A DNA stretch of 63,874 nucleotides, filler included, from Phoronis australis (lineage: Eukaryota > Animalia > Phoronida), in NCBI GenBank assembly GCA_002633005.1. It is 14 parts of 14 records of this genome, joined end to end, with 100 filler letters (N's around TTAATTAATTAA, not from the genome) between each part and the next. Parts side by side here need not be neighbours in the genome. Positions count along the whole stretch, not along the records: positions 1 to 16,938 come from NMRA01001501.1; positions 17,039 to 19,117 come from NMRA01003859.1; positions 19,218 to 20,499 come from NMRA01003933.1; positions 20,600 to 23,848 come from NMRA01003120.1; positions 23,949 to 28,013 come from NMRA01002718.1; positions 28,114 to 33,324 come from NMRA01002389.1; 8 more parts are not named here. One strand, written 5' to 3'. The notes beneath the pieces are model-generated. The model did not search any database, had not been told where the DNA came from, and worked only from the letters and a program-made list of their open reading frames with translations. Below are positions 14,470 through 28,329 of the stretch, one piece after another; positions within the stretch are counted from its first letter, which is position 1; each line of letters opens with the position of its first letter. A program made the translations under genes and the position numbers.

Positions 14470-16938
14470 TCGGAATGTGTTCCTATACTGAAAGCACGAT
14501 TCTGGAGCTTAGGCGACAATTCTGAGCTAATGGTTGATTTCCTAAATATGTTGCTATACTCCTGACCGGAAAAAGGTTCCGCTTTCCTCCAAATTAAATG
14601 GTCATTTTCATGCGTCCTTCTCCGACTTTTGTAACAAAGAACCCTACTATCAACTTAAAAACATTACGCTCGTGAAAGACGCCAGCGAAATTTGCTAAGT
14701 TCTTGCGACATCTTTCGAGAGATAATAAGAAACTTCGCAGAATCAAAATTCGCTCAGGAATTCTATGTGCTGTTAATAAAATGCTAAAACATATAACGAA
14801 GTGCAACCAATTCCGGCAATTTGTTATGGACAACTCGTTGAATGAAGAAAAGTTAATTGACGAATCGGCAAAAAAGAAAGAAGCCAAAAGGTGACGTTCT
14901 ATTTCATGGGGCTGAATACCGACGCATATCATCACTCCAACGAGTTAGCAGCAGAATAACGGTGTAACAGTATTTTAACACGGATAACCTATTTGTTCTA
15001 ATCAAGGAAAAGTGTAATCTTTAACGAAATTAGTTTTGTGTCATATTTTATTTCGATTTTTACCCCGACATTGTTACAGTTTCGTAACAAAGTTAGAGAA
15101 AAACGTCCTACAGCTTAGATCCACATGTTCTACTTAGTGACGCAAGAGGCTGTTATTGAGGCATTTAGGCAGGGTTTACTATCCTTCTAAAATAGGAGAC
15201 CACTGTGGAGAAGTTCATGCACCGTTGTCAATTTACTGAACAAGTAGAACGTTATCGACTTGAAACATACATGTGCGGTAAATAGACATCCTGGAGGAAA
15301 CGAAACAAGGTCACGGTGACCTTTTGGCGCTCAATGTACAGTGGAAAGAGAATCTTTGGATAAAAAACAATTCGCGTAATTGAAGGAAGGCGATTATCGC
15401 TTACTTGTGGATGCACGAGAGAGCGTGGTTGTGACTGATATGATGCATCCCCTGTATTCGATTACATTTGAAGCTGTGCTTACTAGTCACGTGCATCCGG
15501 ATAAGCACATGCGTCTGTACGTGAAGCAGGGCACAAGTGAAAATTCAATTTAATTCTGGTTAAAATTTAAACACGCTAACTTCACCACAAGTGCTGGTTT
15601 CCAACAATAGAAATGTGTACACTGTAGGTCTACATGCTATGTTTATAATTTTACAGGCCTGTTTTAAAAGGCAAGAAGACTTTCCTGCCGCGTGCGGCTG
15701 GGTTCTGCTCGCGCACGAAATTCTCTCGCACACAATAGCTCCCTCTTGCGGATGCATGTTCCTCATCTCAAGTCATTTTTGGAGACTCGCAAAGATAATT
15801 CTTTGCGCGCGCACAGACCAATCCTGATTAAACGCGATGCTGTATGTAGCTCACCAGTCCGCTCAGGGACAAAGTCGAATATTCTCATGTTTTCCAATAA
15901 GTTAAATATCATAAAAATAGACTTTTTCTTTTATTGCTTACTGTGAGTGTTACTGTTGTCAAATTCCATTGAGAAAATTATCAATTCTTTGTCAATACTC
16001 TTGTTCACGGGGACACGAGGACAATCGATATGTTTAAAATAGCGCAAAATGAACTTTCACCGTCAACTATAAACGTGCCAATTTTCATCGATTGTGTTTA
16101 AACATTAAAGACAGTATTTTTGAAATAATCTCGACCGATTTCACGATTGTTAACTATAGTCAGTCGGAATACAAACTGACATGTGGACTGAAGGGGGTAC
16201 TGTAGTCGTAACATTGCCATTATTGAAGGTGTGAGTACGTGAATGAAGGGCACGTGAGATATCCACAGAGCTAGGACGTTTTTGTCGAGCACGTTCAGTT
16301 GAAATGTTTCAATAATCACGCCACGATTGATATACCAAGACTTTCATTTCAATGTTACTGTTTATCTAGTAATTTTATTGTTGCTATATTATCACATACT
16401 TAGTTTTATGTATTTATTCATTATTATTTTCATTCGCTATTATTTATTTAAATTATTCATTATAGTTGCTCACAATCAACATAGTGGCTGTTGTCTGTCA
16501 ATAATCTAGTTTCAAAATATTATAGTAATGAACACCCCAAGAAACTTACTGATTAAGTTGCAGTAATTGGTGCATTGTGTTGCTCTTGTTTACAAATCAT
16601 TGATCAGCACAGGTCTGATGTACGCTCACCTATGTGGTTATAGTCGACATAATTTGGACACTACTTCAGCATTTTATGAGCCCCCAATAATTGGTCAAAG
16701 AGACTTCACAGTTATGACTGGGATAATTCAGCACCACTTCTTTGGGCGAATTGAAGAGCTGTGCTATCCCGTTTCCAACGAAATAGTGCTTGTCTAAATT
16801 TATTGTCAAAACGGCTGAACAGTATGCAGCTAAACATGACACAGATATGAGTCGTGTTTTAGTGCCAGGTTGACTGCAGTTGCATGGTTTGGTAACCTGC
16901 TCGATAATTTGTCTCAGGAAGTGTTGTAAGAAATGTTC

Positions 16939-17038
16939 NNNNNNNNNNNNNNNNNNNNNNNNNNNNNNNNNNNNNNNNNNNNTTAATTAATTAANNNNNN
17001 NNNNNNNNNNNNNNNNNNNNNNNNNNNNNNNNNNNNNN
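16939..17038. other. Artificial 100-bp contig spacer (first of 13)
   Basis: N-run + TTAATTAATTAA (stops in all six frames) + N-run. Identical spacers start at 19118, 20500, 23849, 28014, 33325, 36336, 40092, 48329, 51005, 57575, 59075 and 61559. Confidence 0.97.
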
Positions 17039-20000
17039 CTACATGGCTACGCAAAACTTTTTGGAAACGCAACATGGGATAGCAGACAGTCTCTGATTAA
17101 AGTGTCCGCACTTGTAGCAGACAGTAATGCGGCTGGAGTTTGATCACAATGCCTCACTGATTTAGCGTACGAATAGCAGCGGGTTGCAATGTAGCTGATA
17201 TGACCAGAATATCTGGAGCCCCTAAAACATAAAGGGTTTGAGGAAAGAGTGACAATGAAGGCCGAGAGGCAAAGTATTCGTTTATTGTGCTGATATTTTG
17301 CGATTTTATTTGCCAAATGCTCCAGTGTGTTTTGTTTGTTTATATATTGAATTATTTCATAAATTTAATGTCATTTAACGTGTTCAGCTGATGCTGTTCT
17401 TGATCGGGTTGAAACTGGAATTCCAGCAGTAGAGAGTGGTTTTGCTTTGGTCAAGTGACGACAATTATTTTCATTGTCACATGACCGTACACGTGAAAAG
17501 GTTATTGCACGGACGTGTGTGGCGTAAACTGCGTAATTCGGTCTACTTTAATAATACAAAGTTGAAAATTCAACACGCTACTAAATTTATTGACTTTATT
17601 TCCTCCTGTTATTTGTAAAATAACATTTTGTTCTCGTAATAGCATTACCTTAAACTACTCGTAACCCCAACACAAATTAGCCACAGCTGCGAACTGCCAT
17701 GCATTCGGCGACACTAACCAATATATCCATTTCTGCACCAAATAATAACACCAGTCGTTTATCCAAATGACTCTATGTGGCTGTAAAAGCAGCTTAGCGC
17801 TATCAGTAAATCATCAGCAATTGCAATTATTCAAATTGTTCATAATCTGATTAGATAGTGCTAAAAGGTTGCAACTCATGTGCACCGACTACCGCGGGTG
17901 TTGGGCTTGGTGGAAGTGATTTCTAAAAAAATGTTAACCAGTTTATACATGTAGCTTAATGAAAAATAATATTTTTATTTCTTTTNTTTACTCCATAATT
18001 GTCCAGCCGACTCTTGGGGGCAAGTTGTAGTCTCGAATTGAAGAGCTTTTACAGTCGGTGTTGTACAGACATAATACTTACCCTCCGCTTGAATTCACTG
18101 TCATCTCAACAGGTATTTGTCTCTAAATTGATTGACCCCCACGTACCGTTCGCCATTTTGACATTAATAGAGACTGGATGTGAAATAGTTTGGGAAGATT
18201 GAGAAGCACAGGGAAGAATATGACGTTCCCTGTAGAAGAACAGACTGTCGCAACTGCGAATTGTGACAGTTTGCCGCATTTTACTCGCTGCGACACTAAG
18301 TGTTTCGTTGGGCTGCACAAACTACCGCCGCCCTCAAGCTGTCACAGCCGAAAATCAACATCAGGCTGAATGTTTCTGCTTGACGGGATCAAAAGTTAAT
18401 AAACCCCTCGCACCCCAAATTGTGTCACCGGTTATTCGGACAGATTGTTTTTAATAAATCAACGCAATATGATGACGGTGATAATTCGTGCACTTGTGAC
18501 CGCTTGTGGTCTCACAGTGCTCCATGTAGTGAGTACGTGCCAATCAAGCACGGTGGCATGGGCGGAGCAGCACTAAAAATGTGGGGACTATTGTACCTCC
18601 AGTTCCCTACGGTGAGGTCATGGTGCATGATTATTCGATCCCTACTCACAAATGTACTCATTCAAATCATGAAATGCCTCAGGGTTGCCAATAAACACTG
18701 ATGTGGACCACTGACGGACCCTTAAAAGGGCATCGCCAATTTTACGTCCCAAAAACACATTCTACTATTTTTGGATGAGATGGATTTCGTTATTTGCTTT
18801 GGCCAGAGCTAGAAAACAACAAAGTTTAATGTGCCCTGGAATCTAACTTATATCTAATACTCCAAAATCGCATGTGTTATTTTTATATTAACTTAAAGTA
18901 TTCCTTTCTCGCCGTTGTCTGCCTGACAACCACTGAAATCAAGACCGACGACAATACTAAGCAAATGCACGCCATTTAGGGTGTGGGCTTGCTTCTCTTG
19001 CAAAACGTTATAGGTTCAATTCCCCACATGGAATGGTCTTAGAATGTCCTTTTTCTCCTCGAAAATGCTAATTCAAAACCCACAACAAGTTATTATTTAA
19101 ACACATTTTGCACCCCANNNNNNNNNNNNNNNNNNNNNNNNNNNNNNNNNNNNNNNNNNNNTTAATTAATTAANNNNNNNNNNNNNNNNNNNNNNNNNNN
19201 NNNNNNNNNNNNNNNNNCTGGGGGAATTCTGGGGATACATAAAATTACAGTCATCCTTCACTTAAGGTAAGTTCGTCTAACTGTATAATTTTATTACGGT
19301 AGTATTTGTTCAAGCTGGAAGGAATTAAAGACATAAACGGCTGTCTAAGGTATCCCTCTATGCGCAAAAGATACTTATAGCAACATGACTTAGATGGTTT
19401 AATCAGTTTGAGGCATAATTTGCCAAAAAAGCTTCTAGTGTATAGAGGGCTAACTTATGGGAGGGCCACGTCTCTACTGTCGCCAGTTGAGCCGGTGGTA
19501 GTGTCTATACAAATACGATTTGATTGGGTCTTAAGTGTAATGAAAGCGAGTAACGCAGACAAATGAGAATGATTTAACAAATGAACATTTTGAGTTGTCT
19601 CTGCATTATTAAAATAAATCTTGAAAAGCTTTATGGCACCTGATACAACCTTGGATGCTCTAAGCAAGTCAATAAAAATAAGCCCTCTTCTAGAGTCGAT
19701 GTGAACAGTTGGTGAATTTGTAAACTTACCTTACCAAGTGACAGCAATTCTGAAAGAAAGGAGTCGGCAAAGAAACTTGCATGTGTGGAAATACATCATA
19801 ACATGTGTGCCTCATCCAGTATCACGTTGAAATAATTGAGTTAAGATAATTTGTAGCTGTTTTACTTTATTACGTGGAAATTTATGGAAAGTATAGAGAC
19901 TATTGTGTTCCAATAGTTCTTGTAGAACTGTGCGTGTTGGTCTCTCATCTTGCAAAGCACGACGCGGTGACTTTTTCATTCTGGTTTTCAATCTGGGAAA

Positions 20001-21647
20001 ATGACGATACGGTGATACTCAAAACCTGTCAATCTATCTTTTGTCACTCCGTCAGATTTTGAGTTAGGGAGCTCATGCTAAATTTTTGATCACGAATTTG
20101 TTCAAATGTTGAGCACTACACTTTGGTTGCCCTTTGTCTGTTACTATACAATAGTCCTTTTTATTGAAGGTGGTAAATTTGCACTGAGTTCATTTATGCG
20201 ACTGATGAAGGATTTGTTAAGTCTGAGCTAGATGTAGAGGTCATTCTCTCATTATTGTTAAAGGGAGACGTGTGAGTCTAGCCATAGAGAATAATGTCCG
20301 TATAGCAATGTGGGTAAAACAGAATCAGAATGTCCATTAAATGATCAGGTGAGAAATGGATTCCTTGGTATGTTTCGTAACTCTTACAAGCACAAACCAA
20401 GACAACATTAAGACGTGTAGCCAAATGCATGGTATATGGAGAGACGCTGAGAAAAATGTTTTTAAACCTAATTTACTCTGATAAACTTGCACACACACAN
20501 NNNNNNNNNNNNNNNNNNNNNNNNNNNNNNNNNNNNNNNNNNNTTAATTAATTAANNNNNNNNNNNNNNNNNNNNNNNNNNNNNNNNNNNNNNNNNNNNT
20601 GGCTCGTTAGACCCCGACGTCTGTGTGAATAATCGTTTGATGTTAGACTGAGTAAGTGGCCCCCACTAAGACTGCGCTACTGACTTCGGCGACGCCAGGT
20701 CATCTAAGCACAGCAACTTGTAGGATGTTGCATGCAAGTGGAAGTGTCGAGATATGTGGCATTGTATTTTAACTTAATTGTCTCTAATAGATGTAATTTT
20801 GTGATTTGAAATATGCACCCATCACCGTAAGGTAAATTTCCTGTGGCAATGTACTGTACGTCTCGGGGTCACAACGATGATGTCATTTGCGTCTATTAGT
20901 ACGAGCACCACCTACAGTTTTTCGGTGCTAAATGGGGTTCCTGATGGGGTCGCACGATAGTAATTGGCGTAATTAGTTGATGTCTGGAGTAAAGGAAGGG
21001 ATGATATGTTTGTGTCGATCAATGATACATATATCTAACATGTTCAAAAGTCACTTGGCCGTTATATGGTGTCTTTGATATATTTTGGTACCGACACTCG
21101 TCATTTTATTTTTACTATTTTATATTCTTATTCGTTGGTAACTGCACGGCATTCTAGCATCTATTTTATTTATGTGATCTTGTATGACTATAGAAGCATC
21201 TACCAGTCTTCTCCCCATGATTTTTTAGTTTTAAATGTTGGGGGGTCAACATGCTCAAATTTGACCCTTTCACTGCTATGGTACAGTGCTATTAGGTGGT
21301 TGCAGCATGAAAGATGTTCAATCGATACATTCTTATTTTGCAGTGTTGTGCCACAGCAGTCAGAATCTTGCCATTATTATGAAAGTTACAACCTAAATAA
21401 TGACGCAAAACATTCACAATTAAATATCACCAAGAGCTCAGAACGCTTTGTTCTCTGTCCCCTTTACTATTGCGATTGTGTTTCGTCAGTCCCCTGCGCT
21501 CACAAATGCTGGTGAGAACACTGATCTACTCTTCCATTTACTCTTTGCATGCACAATACTGGGCTTGAGGATCATCAGTCACTGACTTGAATTAGACATA
21601 GAGGCTCTCTGCTTGCTTGTAAACGTCTTCTTTTTTGCTTCGTTTAG

Positions 21648-21814
21648 TGCTAGCCACAGAGAAAAAAGCTACCTTTAAAAAATATGATGAGATCGACGCA
21701 GCTCCCGAGGAGAAGGCGCGTGGGATTACTATCAACGCTGCCTGTGTGGAATACTCTACTGAAAACAGACATTATGGCCACGTTGACTGTCCCGGTCATG
21801 CTGACTACATCAAG
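21648..21814 (+). CDS. TUFM: Mitochondrial elongation factor Tu, internal exon
   Basis: TTTAG acceptor and AAG|GTATAC donor. [46 protein letters not shown] carries the EF-Tu switch I and G3 motifs. Confidence 0.95.
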
Positions 21815-22443
21815 GTATACAGAGCTATGACTTGCTTTCTGTGTTGTTACTCTAGTTAAATATGATATAAACTTGATAGACACTCGAAGATGGCATTAAT
21901 TTTCAAAGCTCTGTACATTGTTTTAGCAAGTTTTTTGTGATGTTATGTATTTACTTCTCAAGGGCTGGTGATCCAGAAATATGTTTGTGTATATTCATAT
22001 ACACATATACATATATCAGAGTATCTTGGCAACAAATTTTCCTTGAGACGACAAAGCTTTGTTGATCACGACGTTCAGTATATTTTTTATGGCCTTGACA
22101 GATTAGAGCCTAGGCTGTGATTTTGTTTTTAGACATTTTAGTAATGCCATTCACTTAGACCGTCGTGTAAAATGCCTGATATTTTCGAGATCATGGATTG
22201 TGAAAAAAAAACGATTCCATACGAGCAGTTGGTCAGTCAGTACTGTGACATAATGTGGGGAATGGCACTGTTGCGGTAATGGTCAGTCTTCAAGTGTGCA
22301 AGATGTTTATTGATACTTCAGGAAAGTTTTTGAGGAATGCGTCTACGGTAATGTTCTTTAGGTGAACGAATGTCAATACGCCTTTAATAACAAAATTTAT
22401 ATCTCTGCGTGTGACGTATAATACATAATACTGTTGTTTTCAG

Positions 22444-22548
22444 AACATGATCACAGGAACGGCACAGATGGAGGGAGCAATACTTGTTGTGGCTGCAACA
22501 GATGGCACTATGCCACAAACAAAAGAACACGTGCTCCTCGCTAAACAG
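22444..22548 (+). CDS. TUFM: Mitochondrial elongation factor Tu, next internal exon
   Basis: TTTTCAG acceptor and CAG|GTATTA donor. [35 protein letters not shown] continues the previous exon in frame. The remaining exons were not found (spacer at 23849). Confidence 0.95.
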
Positions 22549-23285
22549 GTATTAGGGCCAAAATTCACCTTATTTGGTTACTGTCTGGAAGAGATTGTGT
22601 AAAACCTAGTCTAATACAGGAAAACACTTAACCACGTTCAGTCGCCAGAGCAACTAAAAAGGCACTGGGCAAGAGCAAGCGAATCCCACTTGGTCATGTG
22701 GGATGCCATTAGCAAGTGGCAGGACGAGGCCGTGACTGAAATCACCCAAAACGGGGTATAGTGTCCTTTTAAGCAGTGCTTGCACTTCAGCCATAGTGTT
22801 TGTTATCTTTGCATACATTTGTGTTGCAAAATTGTCGTGTACTTTTGTGGTATTCGTTAGTCTTGCATAACGTATGTCATTGCCAGTTGCCCCAGTGCTC
22901 TACATTAGTCGGTGACGATTTGTATGAATTTTTTCAGGGCATTCATTTAATTTCTTAAATATTGGGTTTTGTTTTTCTATCATAAACATCAAAAGTGACT
23001 ATTTACCGGAATTGACGTTACGATAGTCTGATTTCATCACCTTGGGGTTATGTGGGACCCTGTAAAAATGACATGTAACTTTTGTGTACCATGCTTTATG
23101 TACTAAACGCTGAAAGGAATTGTTTTAAAATGTCCTACTTTTCTGTGAAGGATAACTAATATGGGACTTGTATGTTTTTCATGAAACAATTCAAAGTTCA
23201 CATAAAACGCATAACGAAATGATGATTTAGAAAGCTGCATCACAGAGGTTTCATCTTGAACATTTATGTCAAACAAAAATTAGCC

Positions 23286-23848
23286 TTTTTATGCGTCCAC
23301 ATATTTATATGTGGACGCATTATGCCGTCATCTCCGTCCGTCCATCCGTCCGTACGGGCGGCGTCCGTCCGGCGTACGCTGCTCTATCTCCAAAACCCTT
23401 TGACATATGTTCATGAAATTTGGCACATATGTTCCATTCATGAATGGGACGGCATGCCCGAACTTTCAGACGGATCCGACTACCGGTGTGCCCCCTAGTG
23501 GCAATTTTATTTTTCTACGCTTACCTTTGTATCTTCAAGAGTCCTGAATGGATTTTCATGAAATTTGGTATGTAGGCACCTAAATTAGTGAGATGACACT
23601 ATCCTCCCGTTTTCAGATGGATTCGACATAGTTTGCGCCACCTAGTGGCCATTTTTAGTGTTTTCGAGTCCACCCCTCTATCAACCAAACCGCTCAAAGG
23701 ATGATTGTGAAAATTGGCATGTATATGCTTACTATGTAGAGGACGGTTGACGATGATTTTTCGACGATTTCGACTACTGTGGCGCCTCCTAGTGGCAGTT
23801 TTGTTTTTTTTTCGCCTATGGCTGTATCTCCTAACCCGTTCGCAGGAT
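23286..23848 (+). mobile_element. Helentron-associated (HINE/DINE-1-like) non-autonomous element, 5' part, in a TUFM intron
   Basis: T-run, then the palindrome ATGCGTCCACATAT-TT-ATATGTGGACGCAT, a (CCGT)n-type microsatellite and ~150-bp monomers with CCTAGTGGC. The monomers are the reverse complement of the 37.8-40.1 kb array. Confidence 0.75.
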
Positions 23849-24232
23849 NNNNNNNNNNNNNNNNNNNNNNNNNNNNNNNNNNNNNNNNNNNNTTAATTAA
23901 TTAANNNNNNNNNNNNNNNNNNNNNNNNNNNNNNNNNNNNNNNNNNNNATTTTTTAATTTTAGTCCTTCCTCCTTTTTTGTCAGCAAATTGAAATGTCTA
24001 CATCGTCAGAAATTCGAGCCCCCCATATTAAAGGCTGGGTGCGCGCATGGTCAAGTAATTACGAGTCCAGAAATAACTTATAAAATTTATTTCAGTAGCT
24101 AGCAATTACTTGTGTGTGTTTTTGCTCAAGTGAAAATTGTTCACTAACAGTTATGTGTAGCCCAAGACCAAGTTCTAAGTCGCTTTTATTGAAACAGACC
24201 CCCGGATCGTTATGCTTTGAATGTGACAAATA

Positions 24233-24860
24233 TTTTTATTTTGTTTTTAAGTTTTTAAGTTTATTTGCATAAACTGATATTAACAAAGGAATACAGTAGA
24301 AAAGAAAACGATCACAAACACAAACACATTCACTCTCACATTCACACATTCCAGCTCTGCTTGAATTTATACTGAATGTATAATGGTTTCAAAAAATCCC
24401 AGCAAGTCAGGGAGTAATTCTCTAGATTTCATACTTTTCCATGTCTTGACAGTGTCAAATAAAATTGAGTGAAACCTCTGAAGTACAGGAATACATGAAG
24501 ACTTCGAACAAGTCTATATAAAGTACTGAGCTAATGTTAATACGTGATTAATTTCGTAGCCATGGTCTCCAAAGTATGCAAATAGCAGGACACGCTTTTC
24601 AGCCAGTAACAGGTTAGCTCCAACGACGTTTGAAATCCAAGTTTGTAATTTATTCCAAAACGAAGGTACATGCTCATATTCCAAAAACAAGTGATTAAAA
24701 GTTTCTACCACTCCGCAAAATGGGCATTTGTCGTTTTGGACTATTTTCATTTTCTTTAAAAAATATTTTGTGTAAACTTTTTTATGAATGTGATAATACT
24801 TAAAAACTTTCAAATGAGTAAACAGTTTAAAAGGCACAATATAAATCTGTTTAATTTCTG
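24233..24860 (-). mobile_element. 3' fragment of a non-LTR retrotransposon (L1/Tx1-like), zf-RVT region
   Basis: ORF 24514-24837 contains KCPFCGVVETFNHLFLEY.HV.SFW, the C-terminal CCHC region of an RT ORF2 with the last Cys lost. It is followed by a (TG)-rich 3' UTR and an A-rich tail. Confidence 0.8.
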
Positions 24861-26689
24861 GACAGCGAATAATTCTAATAAACTGTCTTCTACATCATGA
24901 ACTGATGTCTCTCTGGAGAGTAATACATCTTTTGTCCATCGCGTATCAATCCGATTCGGTGCAAAGTCGTGCATGCTGCTGGACTATCTGAAATTTTCAT
25001 TGCCTTGGCCAGAGCAATGTACTTTATCCAATTGCTTAATTAGTCTCTTTCCTTTAAAACCTCCCAGGACAAATATAATGCACAGTAAGAAAGAGCAATT
25101 GGCGTGTGTGAACTACTAGCAACTTTGGCAGTGTCGAGCATCAACATGTAACTGATCACATGGAACCCTATATTACCGACCTCTGGAGGACGAGGGGGCA
25201 ACGTCACTTATGTTCAAAACGCATTAAGTGGAATCACAGGCATTTCATGCGGCCAACAATTTCCCCTATGCCACCGACTGCGAATGTCATGGTGAAGTAC
25301 CTTCTGGACAACTGGTGACAAGTCACTGGTCTCACGTAATCAGCTTCAATTGCTTGCGTAAGTGCCCCCTTGGAACTTTACATGTTGAATGTGACGTCAT
25401 TGGACAGAAAGTTCTCTGTCTCAGTACCGGATTAAGGTTTATCGGGACCTCGATCTATGAAAATTTTGGGGGGCCCTAGTCATTGCAATTACTCCCCTTA
25501 GCCATTATACCTCCTCATGGTTGCCACAATTTTTAGCTGCCCTCCCCTCCACCCTCCTAGTGGTCTCCTCAGTCGATTGCTGAGGGGCGCCTGTGATGAC
25601 CTGTATCTTCCGAGACCCCGAGCTTCAGCTTTTTGGATTGCTCCCCCGTTTCAAGAACTTTTAATAGCTCTTGTAGGGACGATATTGTCTTCCACTGTTT
25701 TGCTCAACGAATAACCCGGCACTGTAGAGTTTCCAGACTTTGGCAAGTGACGTCAGCCGAATTTGAATGGTGATTACTATAGACTTGCCTCAACTTCGTC
25801 TTCATGCAGATCACGTAATAATTGAAAGTCCTTATAATTGGCACACAAACGATCCATCTGCCAAGTCAAGTTATCAAGACTTGCCAGCTGTTCCCAAGTT
25901 CAGGAAAGGCCACAGCACAACGGAGAACTACGAGATCAACTTACTGCCGCAAATGAATATTACATGGACATGTACCTCACGGCATAGTTACCGACATACA
26001 GTTAGGCCAAAGCTCACTGACTTGTAATGTACGTTAAAAGTAATAATGAGCGTAAAAATACAGGGTGATTCTTTCCGAAAGGAGCATCAAACTTTTGCAA
26101 ATATTTTTCCAACAAAGGCAGGAACTTCAAATTTCGCACACTGTTATAACGTATTGAGCTCAACTTAAAGCTGCTGTTGAACGTTTTTTAAAGCTTGCAT
26201 TTCGGCGTTGTCTTCGCAGCGGTTTTCCCGATGCTCGTTGAATTTAGTCCAACGATGAAAGAAGGGGCGTGAAATTATGTTTATAACGATGGCGTAGCTA
26301 AGCTGACGAGGTATTCTAATTATTAGACAAGGTGGCACTGAATAGTTAGGCTGCGGCCGCGGCCAATTTGCACTGCCAAAATATAGAAATTTTGGGGTAG
26401 GCCAAGTTTGGGGGCATTTTGTAGGTGGGCATTGCACGTAGGCTCAGTGAATGTGGTTTGTTTGTATTTGTGAACATGCTGTGAATAAAAAAGGCCACTT
26501 TCTTGGCTGTAGCTGCACTCTTCTTCAAGATGGCGGCCCCGGCTGCAATTGTGCAATGTTGGGTAGCGACCGAGAAATTGGCTGTGATTTTAGGTAGCCC
26601 TCAAACAAGCAAGAATTGCCAAAAAACTAGTTGGTTGACAGTACTTTTGGACCACATTTTCGGAATCGGTAGGAAATTTGCTTTCAGAC

Positions 26690-27327
26690 TCTAATGTTGG
26701 TTTTAGTCGTGCATCGGCAGGGAAGTGGTGTTTTTCGGGTGAAAAGTGCCGATTTTGCATTTTTTGCCCTTATTTTTCTTAGTCTAGCTTGGTTTTCAGT
26801 GGGAATGAAATGGTCAAAAATACAAGAAAGAATAAAGTTTCTGTGCTCATCTGCTGGGCTTTTTATGTGAAATAATTGAAAACATGCCATTCTTTGCATC
26901 CTGTTTTTGACAGAGTGAAGAAAAGGTTACAAATCAAGTGATGTGTGTTTTGCTAGGCAAAACCCAGTGAGAACTGTTCTGTGCCTCCTTNNNNNNNNNN
27001 NNNNNNNNNNNNNNNNNNNNNNNNNNNNNCTAATGTTGGTTTTAGTCGTGCATCGGCAGGGAAGTGGTGTTTTTCGGGTGAAAAGTGCCGATTTTGCATT
27101 TTTTGCCCTTATTTTTCTTAGTCTAGCTTGGTTTTCAGTGGGAATGAAATGGTCAAAAATACAAGAAAGAATAAAGTTTCTGTGCTCATCTGCTGGGCTT
27201 TTTATGTGAAATAATTGAAAACATGCCATTCTTTGCATCCTGTTTTTGACAAAGTGAAGAAAAGGTTACAAATCAAGTGATGTGTGTTTTGCTAGGCAAA
27301 ACCCAGTGAGAACTGTTCTGTGCCTCC
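26690..27327. repeat. ~300-bp direct duplication flanking a 39-N gap (probable assembly overlap)
   Basis: 26690-26988 and 27030-27327 are near-identical and lie on either side of the N gap. Confidence 0.85.
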
Positions 27328-28329
27328 CAACGTCTTACAACTGAATTCAAGCACATTGGCAGCAGGCGACTGGAACGCCACCCATCGGCATCCATGAACT
27401 TACCGATGCGCCTTTCAAAATTGAAAAAACTCACTGCTCCATAGAATACACCCGTCCAGCACGAAATTGGCTCACCATCGAAAAACGGTGATCAATGGCG
27501 TTGATCATGTACGCTCACATTGGGCCGCAACAGATTTGTGCAGGTCTAATATGCGAAGTTTCGGGTCCCTAGCGTGCAAAACTGTGCAGCCTACATGTAT
27601 GTCAAGGGAAACACGGTAAAAACCAGCCAGCAAAAGAGAGATTTTGTTGTTATCCGGTAATGCCATTAGGTATTGAAGACACTCAGAAGATTATGCCCGC
27701 AACGCTGTGACGATTTGAGCTCGTTAGGTTCGTTACTGAAGCTAAACAATCTTCACGAGGTAAAATCTTCACGGTTCATTTGGCGCAAACTTAAGTTATG
27801 TGCTGCGCTCACTAAGATTCGAGACGCGTAGCTCTCCGTATGCGGTGATCCTCAGGAACAAATTGAGACGATTTCTAAATTAGATGGTGTTATAAATCAT
27901 GAGCGAAAGTTCCTTCTACAACTGCCATATCTAAATGAATACATGTAGATAAAGTAAACTGTCAAAATAAACTGAAGAAATAATAGCAATAATTTAATGA
28001 AATAAAAAATCAANNNNNNNNNNNNNNNNNNNNNNNNNNNNNNNNNNNNNNNNNNNNTTAATTAATTAANNNNNNNNNNNNNNNNNNNNNNNNNNNNNNN
28101 NNNNNNNNNNNNNCGGTTCCAAGGTGGTTCTGCTAAATCTTTTTTTTCTCAATACGCGGTACATATGTTGTATTTGAAGTTCCCCAAGAATGAGGAAATG
28201 ATATTCTGCTAAACACAAGTGAAATATAGTAAAAATGGCCAATTTTTTCGAATAAGGTTGGAGATATCCTTAAACAAACCAACTCCCCCATCATTGTCAG
28301 CAAACTACTTTTGATTTGGGATACTTAAA

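Noticed and set aside
20870-20950. C/D box snoRNA upstream of the TUFM exon
   Set aside because: The C box is imperfect (GATGATGT), there is no terminal stem, and no rRNA-complementary guide was recognised.
21635-21859. Bacterial tuf gene or horizontal transfer
   Set aside because: The EF-Tu sequence is split by GT-AG introns, consistent with nuclear-encoded mitochondrial TUFM.
26684-27238. Duplicated ORFs suggesting a tandem gene pair
   Set aside because: The near-identical copies flank an N gap, the typical signature of an unmerged overlap, and the peptide has no recognisable features.
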